A stretch of 64,000 nucleotides of DNA from the human T2T-CHM13v2.0 reference genome, Homo sapiens. Below, piece by piece: positions 1 through 12,461 of the stretch. The position numbers and the translations under genes are program-made. The stretch's first letter is position 1. Each line of letters starts with the position of its first letter. The notes under the pieces were generated by a model. The model saw only the letters and a program-made list of their open reading frames with translations. It searched no databases and was not told the origin of the DNA. The stretch lies in assembly GCF_009914755.1 (NCBI RefSeq), contig NC_060937.1. One strand, 5' to 3'.

Positions 1-1080
1 TTGTGTTTCTCTTTTTATTTATTTCAATAAATATTTAATTTTTTTATTTCTTTTATTCATCGTTCATGAACATGTATTTTAATTTCCATATGTTTGTACA
101 GTTTTTAAAGTTCCTCCTGTTATTGATTTCTCCTCCTATTCCACTGTGATCAGAAAAGATGCTTGATATGAATTCAGTATTTAAAAATGGGCTGTGACTT
201 GTTATTTGGCCTAACACATAGTCTGTCCTGGAGAATAATCCATGTGCTACTCAGTAGAATGTGCATTGTGCAGTTGCAGAGTGGAAGGCTGTGTAAATGT
301 TAGGTCCATTCCATAGAGATTACAGTTTAACTGATGATTTTTTGTCGTCTGGATGATCTGTTCATTGATGATAGTGGGGTGTTCATTATAGATTAGTGTT
401 CAGGTACTCTATTATTGTATTGCAGTCCATCTGTCCTTTAAGGTCTGTTAATATTTGCTTCTGTGTTTAGGTGCTTGAGTGTTGGTTGCATTTGCACTTA
501 TAATTGTGATATTGCTGTATTGATTTCTTTCTCATTATAGAATTATCTTTCTATTTTATCTAATACAAGTATAGCTACTCTTGCTTTTTTGTTTCCATTT
601 GTATGGGATATCTTTTACCATCCCTTCATTTTCAATCTATGTATGTCTTTTTTTTAGGTGAACTGAGTTTCTTGTAGGCAGTATATAGTTGGATCTTGTC
701 TTTAAATCCATTCAGCCACTCTGTCTTAATTGGAGAATTTAATTCATTTATATTCAAGGTTATTACAGGTAAAAACATACTACTGCCACTTATTTTCTGG
801 TCGTTTTGCTACTCTCTTTTTTCTTCTGTTATTTCTCTCTTCATTTCTTCCTCTTTCTCTTCTCTCTCTCCTTCATTCTTTCTTCCTTTCCTTTCCTCCC
901 TCCTTCCCTTTTTTCCTGTCTGTATTTATGGTGAGGTAATTTTCTCTGGGAGTGTGATTTAATTCCTTGCTTTTTAGGTGTCTATTACTTTTAGGGTGTC
1001 TGTTACTGAATTTTGTTTTCTGGTTACCATGAGGCTAAAGAATATCATTGTAACAAGTGATCTCAAACTGAAGAAAACTT
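1..1080 (-). mobile_element. Old L1 (L1M-type) ORF2 5' region fragment
   Basis: Antisense L1 motifs, e.g. tcagaaaagatgcttgatatgaattc and ccattcagccactctgtcttaattggagaatttaattcatttatattcaagg. Confidence 0.8.
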
Positions 1081-1319
1081 AAGTTTGATTGCAAAGAACA
1101 AAAAAGAGAGAAACAAAAAGCTATAAACATTTATTACCCCGTAACACTATCCCCCCCAACACACACACACACGTTGACATTTGGATCTCTTCAATATCTT
1201 TTTATATTGCCTCCCAATTTAAAAATTGTTGGGTTATTATTATTTTAATAATTTTGTATTTTAGCCTTTTGTTATTGTTAATTGCTGTTTGCACCTTTGT
1301 TCAATAATGTCTTAATTTG

Positions 1320-1357
<38 letters not shown>

Positions 1358-1549
1358 AATTTCTTAGTGGCATGGGCATTTTCTTCACCATTGTTTTTCC
1401 AGCCTCTAGTTCCTATGGCCTAGCGAATAGAACACTTACACTAAATGCTTGTCAGATGAGTAAAAGAGCTCTTTACAGTGAGTAGATCTTAACACGTTGC
1501 TATGTGTAATTTGATTTGAAATAATTTTCCAATAATTTAACTCATTTTG

Positions 1550-3251
1550 TTCTTTTTTAAACTTCTATTTTTAGATTGGGGTGCATGTGTAAGATATGCA
1601 GGTTTGTTACATAAGTAAACGTGCATTATTGGGGTTGATTGTACAGATTATTGCATCATGCAGGTATTAAGTCTAGTATCTGTTAGTTATGTTTCCAGCT
1701 TCTCTCCCTCCCCCAACCCTCCACTCTCTGATAGGCCCTAGTGTGTGTTGTTCTTCTCTATGTGTCCATGTTCTCATCATTTAGCTTCCACTTAAAAGTG
1801 AGAACATGCAGTATTTGGTTTTCTGTTCCTGCTTTAGTTTGCTTAGAATAATGACCTCCAACTCCATCCATGTCCCTGCAAAGGACATTATCTCATTTTT
1901 TTGGTGTGGTTGCACGGTATTCCATGGTGTATATGTACCACCACATTTTCTTTATCCAGTCTATCATTGATGGGCATATAGATTAATTCCATGTATTTGC
2001 TATTGTGAATAGTGCTGCGACGAACATAGGCATGCATGTGTCTTTGCAATAGAACAATTTATAATCCTTTAGGCATATACATACCCATTAATGGGATTGC
2101 TGTGTCGAATGGTAATTCTGTCTTTAGGTCTTTGAGGAATTACCACATTGTCTTCCACAATGGTTGAACTAATTTACACTCCCACCAACCATGTAAAGTG
2201 TTCCCTTCTCCCCACAATCTCACCAGCATCTGCTTTTTAACTTTTTAGTAATAGCCATTCTTACTGGCATGAGTTGGTATCTTATTGTGGGTTTGATTTG
2301 CATTTCTCTAATGATCAGCGATGTTGAACTTTTTTAATATGCTTGTTGACCACATGTATGTCATCTTTTGAGAAGTGTCTGTTCATGTCCTTTGCCCACT
2401 TTTTAATGGCCGTGTTTTTTTCTTGTAAATTTGGTTAAGTTCCTTGTAGATGCTGGATGTTAGACTTTTGTCAGATGCATATTTTTGCCAAAATTTTATC
2501 CATCTGTAGGTATCTGTTCGTTCTGGTGATAGTTTATTTTTCTTTTTGCTGTGCAGAAGCTCTTTAATTTAATTAGATCCCATTTGTCAACTTTTGCTTT
2601 TGTCGCAATTGCTTTTGGTGTTTTTATCATGAAATCTTTGCTCATGCCTGTGTTCTGAGTAGTATAGCCTAGGTGGTCTTCCAAAGTTTTTACAGTCCAC
2701 AAACCACTGCCCAAGGAACTCAGAGATGACACAAATAAATATGAAAAGCATTCCATGTTCGTGGATAAGAAGAATCAATATTGTTAAAATGGCCATACTG
2801 CCCAAAACAATTTATAGACTCAATGCTATTCCCATTATACTACTACTGACATTCTTCGCAGAACTAGAAAAATCTGTTTTAAAATTCATATGGAATCATA
2901 AAAAAGCCCAAATAGCCAAGGCAATCCTAAGCAAAAAGAAAAAAGCTGGAGGTATCACACTACTCAACTTTAAACTATACTACAGAACTACAGTAAGCCA
3001 GACAGCATGGTATTTGTACAAGAACAGACACATAAACCAGTGGAACAGAATAGAGAACTCGGAAATAAGACCATACATCTACAAACATCTGATCTTTGAC
3101 AAACCAGATGAAATCAAGTAATGGGGAAAGTTCTCCCTATTAAATAATCGATGCTGGGATAAGAGGCTAGCCACATAGAAAATTAAAACTGACCCCTTCT
3201 TTACATCATATACAAAAAATTGACTCAAGATGAATTAAAGATTTAAATGTA
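1550..3251 (-). mobile_element. 5'-inverted L1PA element (antisense 3' part 1550-2696, sense inverted part 2697-3251) with 16-bp TSD
   Basis: L1 3'UTR/ORF2 antisense flips to sense ORF2 ([19 protein letters not shown]); aatttaactcattttg at both 1534-1549 and 3252-3267. Confidence 0.92.
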
Positions 3252-3594
3252 AATTTAACTCATTTTGATACTGTTTCTTGTGCATAAAAAATGTAATACC
3301 TCTTCAATGTGCTATATCCATCTGCTTGTATTTGTGATTATACTTCTATTGATCCAATCTCAGAAAAATTATTCTGTGTTCAATAAAGGCAATAAGATGG
3401 ATGGATGATTTAGTTCATACCTTCATTTTCCCTGTTTTGAGGTCACTGTCCTATACTATCTGATGTTCACTGTCTGAAGACCATTGATATGTATATTTTA
3501 TCAAAAATTTCTTAGTTTATTTAAGGCAAGAGTACAAACCTAGTCCTTATTATGCCATGTGTCTGCAATAAGTTCCAGTGTTATAAAAACATGT

Positions 3595-3806
3595 GACTTC
3601 TAATGTGAATACCAGCCAAAGTAGACTTTACAGGAAAAACAGTACAAAAGAGAAAGAGAAACATTTTATAATGATAAAATAATTGATTCATTTAAAAGAC
3701 AAAACAATTTGAAATGCATATGCTCTTAATAATATAACTTCAAATTATATAAAGTAAAATTTTACGTAGCTAAAAAAGAACAGCCAAATTCATCATCTAA
3801 AGATTT
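3595..3806 (+). mobile_element. Old L1M ORF2 endonuclease fragment (continues ~6630-6950)
   Basis: gccaaagtagacttt..acattttataatgataaaat..; the continuation contains ttctctgatcacaag. Confidence 0.6.
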
Positions 3807-4386
3807 CAAGTGGGGTTTATACCAGGGATGCAGGGATAGTTTAACATAAACAAGTCATAAAGGTGATACATCACATAAACATAATTAAAAACAAAAATTA
3901 TATGATCATCTCAATAGACAGAAAAAGCATTTGGCAAAATTCAGAATCCCTTTATGGTTAAAATTCTCAGCAAATTTGGCATAGAAGGGGCATACCTCTA
4001 GGTGATACAAGCCATCTATAACAAACCCACAGCTGACATCAGACTGAACAGGGCAATTTTAAAAGCATTCCCCGTGAGAATATGATGCCCACTCACCACA
4101 TCTATTAACCATAGTTCTGGAAGTCCTAGCCAGAGCAATCAGACAAAAGAAAGAAAGGGCATCCAAGTCAGTAAAGAGGAGGTCAAACTGTCACTGATTT
4201 CCAATGATATAATTGTGTATCTAGACAACTCTAAAGACTCATCTAAAGAGCTCCTAGATCTGATAAATTCACTTAAGTTTGGGGACACAAAACATCAATA
4301 TACACAGATCATTAGCACTGCTATACACCAACAACAATCAAGCTGAGAATCAAATCAAGAACTTAATCCCTTTTACAACAACTGCA

Positions 4387-4607
4387 ATATATATATATAA
4401 ACACACACATATATATACGTATTATATACATATGTATAAGTATTATACTATACCTATTATATAGATATGTATATGTATTATACATATTATAGACATATGT
4501 ATATGTATTATACTATACATATTATAGACATGTGTATGTATTATACTATACATATTATAGCCATATGTATATATATATTATACTACACATATTATATACA
4601 TATGTAT
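4387..4607. repeat. AT-rich minisatellite (~33-35 bp unit)
   Basis: Variants of tatgtatatgtattatactatacatattatagaca repeated ~5 times. Confidence 0.85.
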
Positions 4608-5973
4608 CTCTTAGGAACATCCAAAGCCAAGGAGGTGAAAGATCTCTTCAAGGAAAATTGCAAAACACTGCTGAATCATTGACCACAGAAACAAATAGAT
4701 AACACATCTCATGCTAATGGATGGGTAGAATCAGTATTGTGAAAATGACCATACTCTCCAAAGCAATATACAGATTCAATGCAATTCTCATCAAAATACC
4801 ATCATCATTCTTCACAAAACTAGAAAAAACAATCCTAAAATTCATATAGAACCAAAAAAAGAGCCTGCCTAGCCACAGCAAGAACAAACAAAAATAATAA
4901 ATCTGGATGTATCACATTACCCAACTTCAAACTATATTACAAGGCTATCCTTACCGAAACAACATGGTACTGGTATAAAAATAGGTACATAGACCAATGA
5001 AAGAGAATAGAGAACCCAGAAATGAAACCAAACACTTAGCAGCCAACTGGTCTTCGTCAAAGCAAATAAAAACATAAAGCTTGGAAAAGACACCCTATTC
5101 AACAAATGGGAATGGAATATTTGGAAAGCCACATGAAGAAGAATGAAACTGAATTCTCATCTCTCATCTTATACAAAAATCGACTCAAGATGTATCGAAG
5201 ACTTAAATCTAATATCATAAACCATAAAATTTCTACAAGATAACATTGGAAAAAACATTAAAAACATCGGCTTGGTTCTTCATGACCAAGAAACCAAAAT
5301 CAAACACAACAAAAACAAAGATAAATAGGTTGAACATAATCAGACTAAAAAGCTTCTGCACAGCAAAAGGAAATAATCAGCAAACAGACAACACATAGAG
5401 TAGGAGAAAATCTTTGCAATCTATACATCTGTCAAAAACTCATATCCAGAATCCACAAGGAACTCAAACAAATCAGCAAGACAAAAAAAAGTCCATCAAA
5501 AAGTGGGCTAAGGTCATGAATAGAAAATTCTTAAAAGAAGATATACAAATGGCCAACAAATATATGAAAAAAATGCTCAGCATCACTAATTATCAGGGAA
5601 ATGCAAAGTAAAAACATAGTGAGATATCACCTTATTCTTGCAAGAATGGCCATACTTTAAAAATCAAAATATAATAGATACTGACATGGATGTGGTGAAA
5701 AGGGAACACTTTTGCATTAATGGTGGGAATGTAAACTAGTATAACCACTGTGGAAAACAGTATGGAGGTTCCTTAGAGAACTGAAAGTAGAACCTCCATT
5801 TGATTCAGCAATCCCGCTACTGGGTATCTACCTAGAGGAAAATATGTCATTATATGAAGAAGACATGCACATGCATGTTTACAGCAGCACAGTTTGCAAT
5901 TGTAAAAATAGGGAACCAGTCTAAATACCCATCAACCAATGAATAGATAAAGAAAATGTGGCATGGAATACTA

Positions 5974-6360
<387 letters not shown>

Positions 6361-6973
6361 CTAAGTGAAGTAACTCAGGAGTGGAAAATCAAACATTGCA
6401 TATTCTTACTTATAAATGGGAGCTAAGCTTTTAGGACACAAAATCCTAAGAATAATATAATGGACTTTGGGGACTTGAAAGGAAGGGTGGTAGGAGGGTG
6501 AAGGAGACCACACATTCTGCACAGTGTACACTGCTTGGGTGATGGGTGCATCAAAATCTCAGAAACCATTACTAAATAACTTATCATGTAACCAAAAACC
6601 ACCTCTTCCTCTAAAAACTATTAAAATAAAGACAATTTAACACCTTTCCATCACCACTTGATCAAATGAATAAGATATCAGTACGAAAAAAGAATAGTTA
6701 AAAAATAAAACAAATAAATATTTGACATTTATAACCAATTAACAAAATATATATATTTTTCCATTGGTAAATGTTACCAAACATTTAACAAGATGGAATA
6801 TATGATGAGTTATACATTGTCTCAATATATTTGAACTTTTTATATCATAGAAAGTACATTCTCTGATCACAAGCATATTAAATTATTAATAAATAAAAAT
6901 CAGATACTTAGAAAAACACAAGCTATCTGGGAAATAAACGATAAACTTCTGTACATTCTGTAACTAATGTTTT

Positions 6974-7002
6974 AAAAATTCTTTATATTGGGGTGTGTGT
7001 GT

Positions 7003-7033
<31 letters not shown>
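6974..7033. repeat. (TG)n microsatellite
   Basis: Directly visible. Confidence 0.95.
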
Positions 7034-7034
<1 letters not shown>

Positions 7035-7049
7035 TTTGTTATTAGACTT

Positions 7050-7365
7050 ACCATATGTCAAACAAATACGTTAATCTTTCGCAGAACAAATTTTTCCTTG
7101 TATTTTTCTCTGTCCTTAATTTCTACTTTTATATTTGCTGTTGCCATTCTTATTCCTTTAGTTTTAATGTAATCTGTTTTTGTAGCTTATCGTGGATGTT
7201 TAGATAATTGATTTTGCATTATCTTTTTTAGGAGCAATACACAAGACTATAAATATTTTTTAATACTGCTATGTTTGCATCCCACAAGTTGTGATATATA
7301 GTAGTATCATTATTTTTCGGTATGAAAGGTTTTCCAACTTCCCTGTGAATTTTTTCTTTGATTCA
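7050..7365 (-). mobile_element. Old L1M fragment, antisense
   Basis: actataaat..actgct..gcatcccacaagttgtgatat..ttttttctttgattca. Confidence 0.6.
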
Positions 7366-8009
7366 AGTACAACTTTAAGAGAATGCCTTGAAGGAACACA
7401 ACGTCTGCGTCTTTTAAGGAAAAAGACAATGATAAACAATTATAGTACAATGTTACAGTTGGAGACTTTTGATACACGGTAATTATTGGTATTATTAAGT
7501 CAACTTTTCTGTAAGACAGAAATTATGCCAAAATGAAAATTTTAAATTAAGTAAGGCTTTTACTCTATTACAAAAACACATCAGGAACTCAAGGATAATA
7601 CAACTTTAAAAAATGTATGTAAACATGTCATATTAAAAGATTAAGGAAGGAGGATTATACACTTAGCTCCATGGTTTTAGAAAAATACACTAAAAAGTAA
7701 ATATTTACTCCAAATTTTAATAATAATTCTTAGAAACCGTAAGATTGAAAGTTCTTGTTTGGATAGAGGGCATCTATGAGAAATATATTGTATATTATGT
7801 TTAAAGCAAAACATTAGAAAGATATCTTTTATTTTGGAAACTAGGATGCCTGTTATAATTAATTTTAAACGCAAAATTTGAGATGATTTTCAATAAAATA
7901 AGAGCAATAAAACTAGAAAATACATGAAAGAGTGAATATCAAGCAGAAAGAATCTAGATTCTTATATATTGAAGAAGTCATAATGATATGGTTAAGATAA
8001 AAAGAACTA

Positions 8010-8306
8010 GGCCGGGCATGGTGGCTCAAGCCTGTAATACCAGCACTTTGGGAGGCTGAGGCAGGTGGATCATGAGGTCATGAGTTCAAGAGTAGCCTGG
8101 CCAAGATGGTGAAACCTCGTCTTTACTAAAAATACAAAAATTAGCGAGGCATGATGGTGGGTGCTTGTAATCCCAGCTACTCTGGATGCTGAGGCAGAGA
8201 ACTGCTTGGACCCAGGAGGCAGAGGTTGCAGTGAGTTGAGATCGTGCCACTGCACTCCAGCCGGGGCGACAGAGCCAGGCTCTGTCTCAAAAAACAAAAA
8301 AAAAAA
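8010..8306 (+). mobile_element. AluS
   Basis: Full dimer; TSD aaaagaacta. Confidence 0.95.
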
Positions 8307-8535
8307 GAACTAATAAGAATGTATAGAACATGGTTAATTGTAAGGTCAGCATAAAACAAATAACATCTTTCTTATACATTATCAAAAGAAAAATGAAAAT
8401 TATATAAGAAATTCATTTTACAGAGGAAATTTATGTCTACGTGCAAATTGCCTAGGAATAAATTAGCAATAAATACATTGGAATATGGAATATAATCTAT
8501 TAAAATTTACTGAACTATGTAAAAGAAAAAATTAG

Positions 8536-8899
<364 letters not shown>

Positions 8900-9211
8900 T
8901 TTACTATTAATTCACAGTAATATCAGTCTGTTCCATCTAGGATACTTTTTGAAACCTAATAATTTCTTTCTAAAGTTTATATGGAAGACTAGATGGGTGG
9001 AAGTGGGAATTACAAAGAAACATTTAAAAACAGTAAAATGTCTTACCAATTTACGGATCCCTGCCTATACTTATAAAAATATTATATTTATCTAAACATG
9101 ATAACCATGTTAATTCAAACCAGACAATAATGATGGAATAGCAAAATTAAATAATGAAAGAGGAAGACTAAATATGTGTACTATAGTTCAGATTTTGTTA
9201 AATTTGGTCTT

Positions 9212-9508
9212 ATTTTTTTTTTTTTTTGTGAGACGGAGTCTCACTCTGTCACCCAGGCTAGGGTGCAGTGGCGCGATCTCTGCTCACTGCAAGCTCCACC
9301 CCCGGGTTCATGCCATTCTCCTCCCTCAGCCTCCCGAGCAGCTGGGACTACAGGTGCCCGCCACATACCTGGCTAATTTTTTGTATTTTTAGTAGAGATG
9401 GGGTTTCACGGTGTTAGCCAGGATGGTCTCGAACTCCTGACCTCGTGATCCACCCATCTCAGCCTCCCAAAGTGCTGGGATTACAGGCATGAGCCACTGT
9501 GCCCGGCC
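9212..9508 (-). mobile_element. AluY-like
   Basis: ctgcaagctcc, gccattctcc and gtgttagccaggatggtctcga diagnostics; 12-bp TSD aaatttggtctt (9200-9211, 9509-9520). Confidence 0.93.
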
Positions 9509-11381
9509 AAATTTGGTCTTTCAAATCAATGATATTATTCAATATTATTTATACCACACAGATGTAAATGCTGTATTATGCTGAAATATTTAAGCATTTG
9601 TTTTTGTGCCCCCAGTCAAATGATCACAGATCACAGATCACATACATCTATGATATGTATATAATAGTGAAAATCCTACATCCCTGAGATAATTACTTGT
9701 TGATTTAATTTCTGCTATTTTCTATTACTAGATAAACTGCATTTATGTTTGTAAATAGAATTCACCGTGTGTAGTGCATACACATGTGAGGTGTGCACAC
9801 GTACACATATGCCCTCATACGTGTGCATAAGCATACTCAGGTACACTTATTTTTTAGTTTATGCTAGCTTTGTATGAGTAATTTCTAGTTTTTTCATGTT
9901 TTGGTTTTGAATCCATTTATACATTAAGGAAATTATGCATTCTTTCTTTTCCTTTCTGAGCTATGAATTCTGGGCCCAGGGACTTTATTAGAGGAATTCT
10001 TTGATGAAGTTCTTTGATAACCTTCTCATTAATTATTTGTATGACAAATATTTTAGTATTGATTTCTTCTAGAGTCAGTTTTGATTATTTCAGACCACAC
10101 ATTTTAAAAAATGATTTGAGATTGGCACTTCATTTTTGGTTTATGTTATGTCATTAATTATAATTCCTGTTTTTTCTCCTGATTTTCCATATTCTGTTTA
10201 TATCATTGTACTTTTTGAGTAGCCAAATATATTTTTAAAAATATTCTCATGCCATGGAAGAAAGAACCTAAACACCTTTTGTGTGATCCATATCACTAGT
10301 TAGAATAAAGATCCAATAGACAATTTTAAATGCTATTAAGTTTTGATCAAATATTATTTCTCCACACCAAAATACCAAGTGAATGATGTGAAGTGTAAAC
10401 AACCATCTATGTTTCATGTTACTGTCATACACTTGTTTCCTTCAGCATAATGTTAGCAAAAATTGTGTGTGCAGTCATCAGATAAATTTTCTGGGCATGA
10501 TTTCCTTCCAGATGTAATTTTATGATCGTCCATTTTCCAATTTCCTATGAAATTCACTCATTTAGTAAGAATTTAGTGAATATCTTCTGTGCACACTGCT
10601 TTGTACTGAAATTGGTGATTTAAAAAGAAGTTAAAATGTGTTGTCTATTAATACTTTCTGGGAACATTCACTGTACATGTGCATCAAAGACATGCACATA
10701 GGAAGAATCTGCAACAATTCAGTTTACATACAATATGAACTATAAAAATGTGTGATACAGAAAATGTGTCTAAAATAACAAACTAGCCCTACAGGAAATA
10801 AATTAGAAAGACAATAAGAATCTGTACTTGAACTGGACATTGAATAATAAATAAATTTTAAGAGCCAACAGGAATAGAAAGACAATTGGAAAATTAGGTA
10901 TATGAAAATAATATTTTTTGAAAACCTCTTTTCTGTTTTTATTCCATTAAAATTTTAGTATGTTGGCACAAGATAAGTCTAAGAGATTACCATAGAATAG
11001 TAAATATGTGCTATAGACCTTAATGGTTTTCTAAATGCAGAAGTTTATTATATGGTTTAAGTCTGTATTGATTCAGAAAAAAATGCATTATTTTTATGTT
11101 TACTTTCCCTGCTGAGTCATTTGGCCTTATTTTTAGAAATGTATATGGGTTATTCACATTATATCAACCACATGTATAGACAATTGAAGAAAGCTATAAA
11201 CAAAAAAAAATTGCTCTGATCCTCACATAATTTATATTCTAGAAACAAAAGATACAATTTAATAAACAAGTCAGATAATATGCACTTTATGATAGGAGAC
11301 ATCATCCACGTCAAAGGTTCATAAACAATCCCCTGGATATGACCACGGCATGCCAATATGTGTATTGTGGAAATATCATAA

Positions 11382-11945
11382 TGTCGTAACTGAGCGAGTT
11401 GTAGAGAAACCCCACACTGTGAGACGAATTCAGGAGTCCTTTATTAGCTGGCAACCGAGAGACCGCTAGTGCTCAAAATTCTCTCAGCCCCGGAGAAGGG
11501 GCTAGATTTTCTTTTATACTTTGGTTTAGAAAGGGGAGGGGGAGCTTGGCTGAAGCAATCTTACAGAAGCAAAACAGGCAAAAAAGTTAAAAGGACAAAT
11601 GGTTATGGGAAAACAAACAGTTCCAGGTGCAGGGGCTTTAAATCTATCATGAGGTGATAGACGTGGGGACTTTGGGTGCTATCAACTGGACACAAATGCG
11701 GGGGCTTTGGGTCCTATCAGCTGGGCGAATTCCTGGGAACTGCAGATATAGCTTGCCACAGTGTCTTATCAGTTAATTGGGTTCTTTGATGTGCTGGGAG
11801 TCAGCCTGCACAAGTTAAGTCCTTGAGGAACGGGGGTGGGTAAGAGGCTGCAAGGGGCTGCAAGTGAAGGAGCCAAACTGGAGTTTGTGTGGCTCTCTCA
11901 GCTAAGGGAGAGTCAATTCAGGTTAAAACAAGGTAGGATATCACA
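11382..11945 (-). mobile_element. ERV1 solo LTR (LTR6A-like, HERVS71 family)
   Basis: TG..CA termini, 564 bp, 4-bp TSD ataa (11378-11381, 11946-11949); minus strand begins TGTGATATCCTACCTTGTTTTAACCTGAATTGACTCTCCC; AATAAA on the minus strand. Confidence 0.8.
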
Positions 11946-12277
11946 ATAAGACCTTCCGTGTGAAAAATATTTGAAAGGAATCCTGGACTCAAATGAATAT
12001 GTAAAAAGTTTTTATAGAATGTTAAGCAGGAAATGATTGTGATTTGAAATAACACAGGTGGGAATGGAAAGAGTAAATAGACCAAGGAAACATTTGAGAG
12101 AAACATACTTTGTGATGTTGTATTTATGCTGCAACGGAACGGAGAAAAGGTATAAATGATTATTTTTCAAATTTTTGGCTTAAAAATGTGTTAATCCAGT
12201 GCCTGATACAGGGGGTATTAGTTAACACTAACTGCTTTGGTTGCCAGGTAAAGAAACTCTACTTTGTCAGGAAAAGG

Positions 12278-12461
12278 CAGGAGTCAATGAGCTATGATCC
12301 ACGGCCAAATTGGTCTTGCCATCTGTTTTTGTAAATCAAGTTTAATTGCAACACAGCCATATCCGACACTGGAGCTTAATAGTTGCACCCAAACCTTATG
12401 TTCCATAAAACCTAAAATATTTGCAATCTAGCCCTTTACAGAAGATGCTTACTGACCTTGG
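12278..12461. mobile_element. MER58A-like hAT DNA transposon
   Basis: caggagtca..ggccaaat..tttttgtaaatcaagttt..cctaaaatatttgcaatctagccctttacagaa. Confidence 0.75.

Noticed and set aside
2726-3121. 131-aa ORF
   Set aside because: Fragment of L1 ORF2 in a truncated, inverted element.
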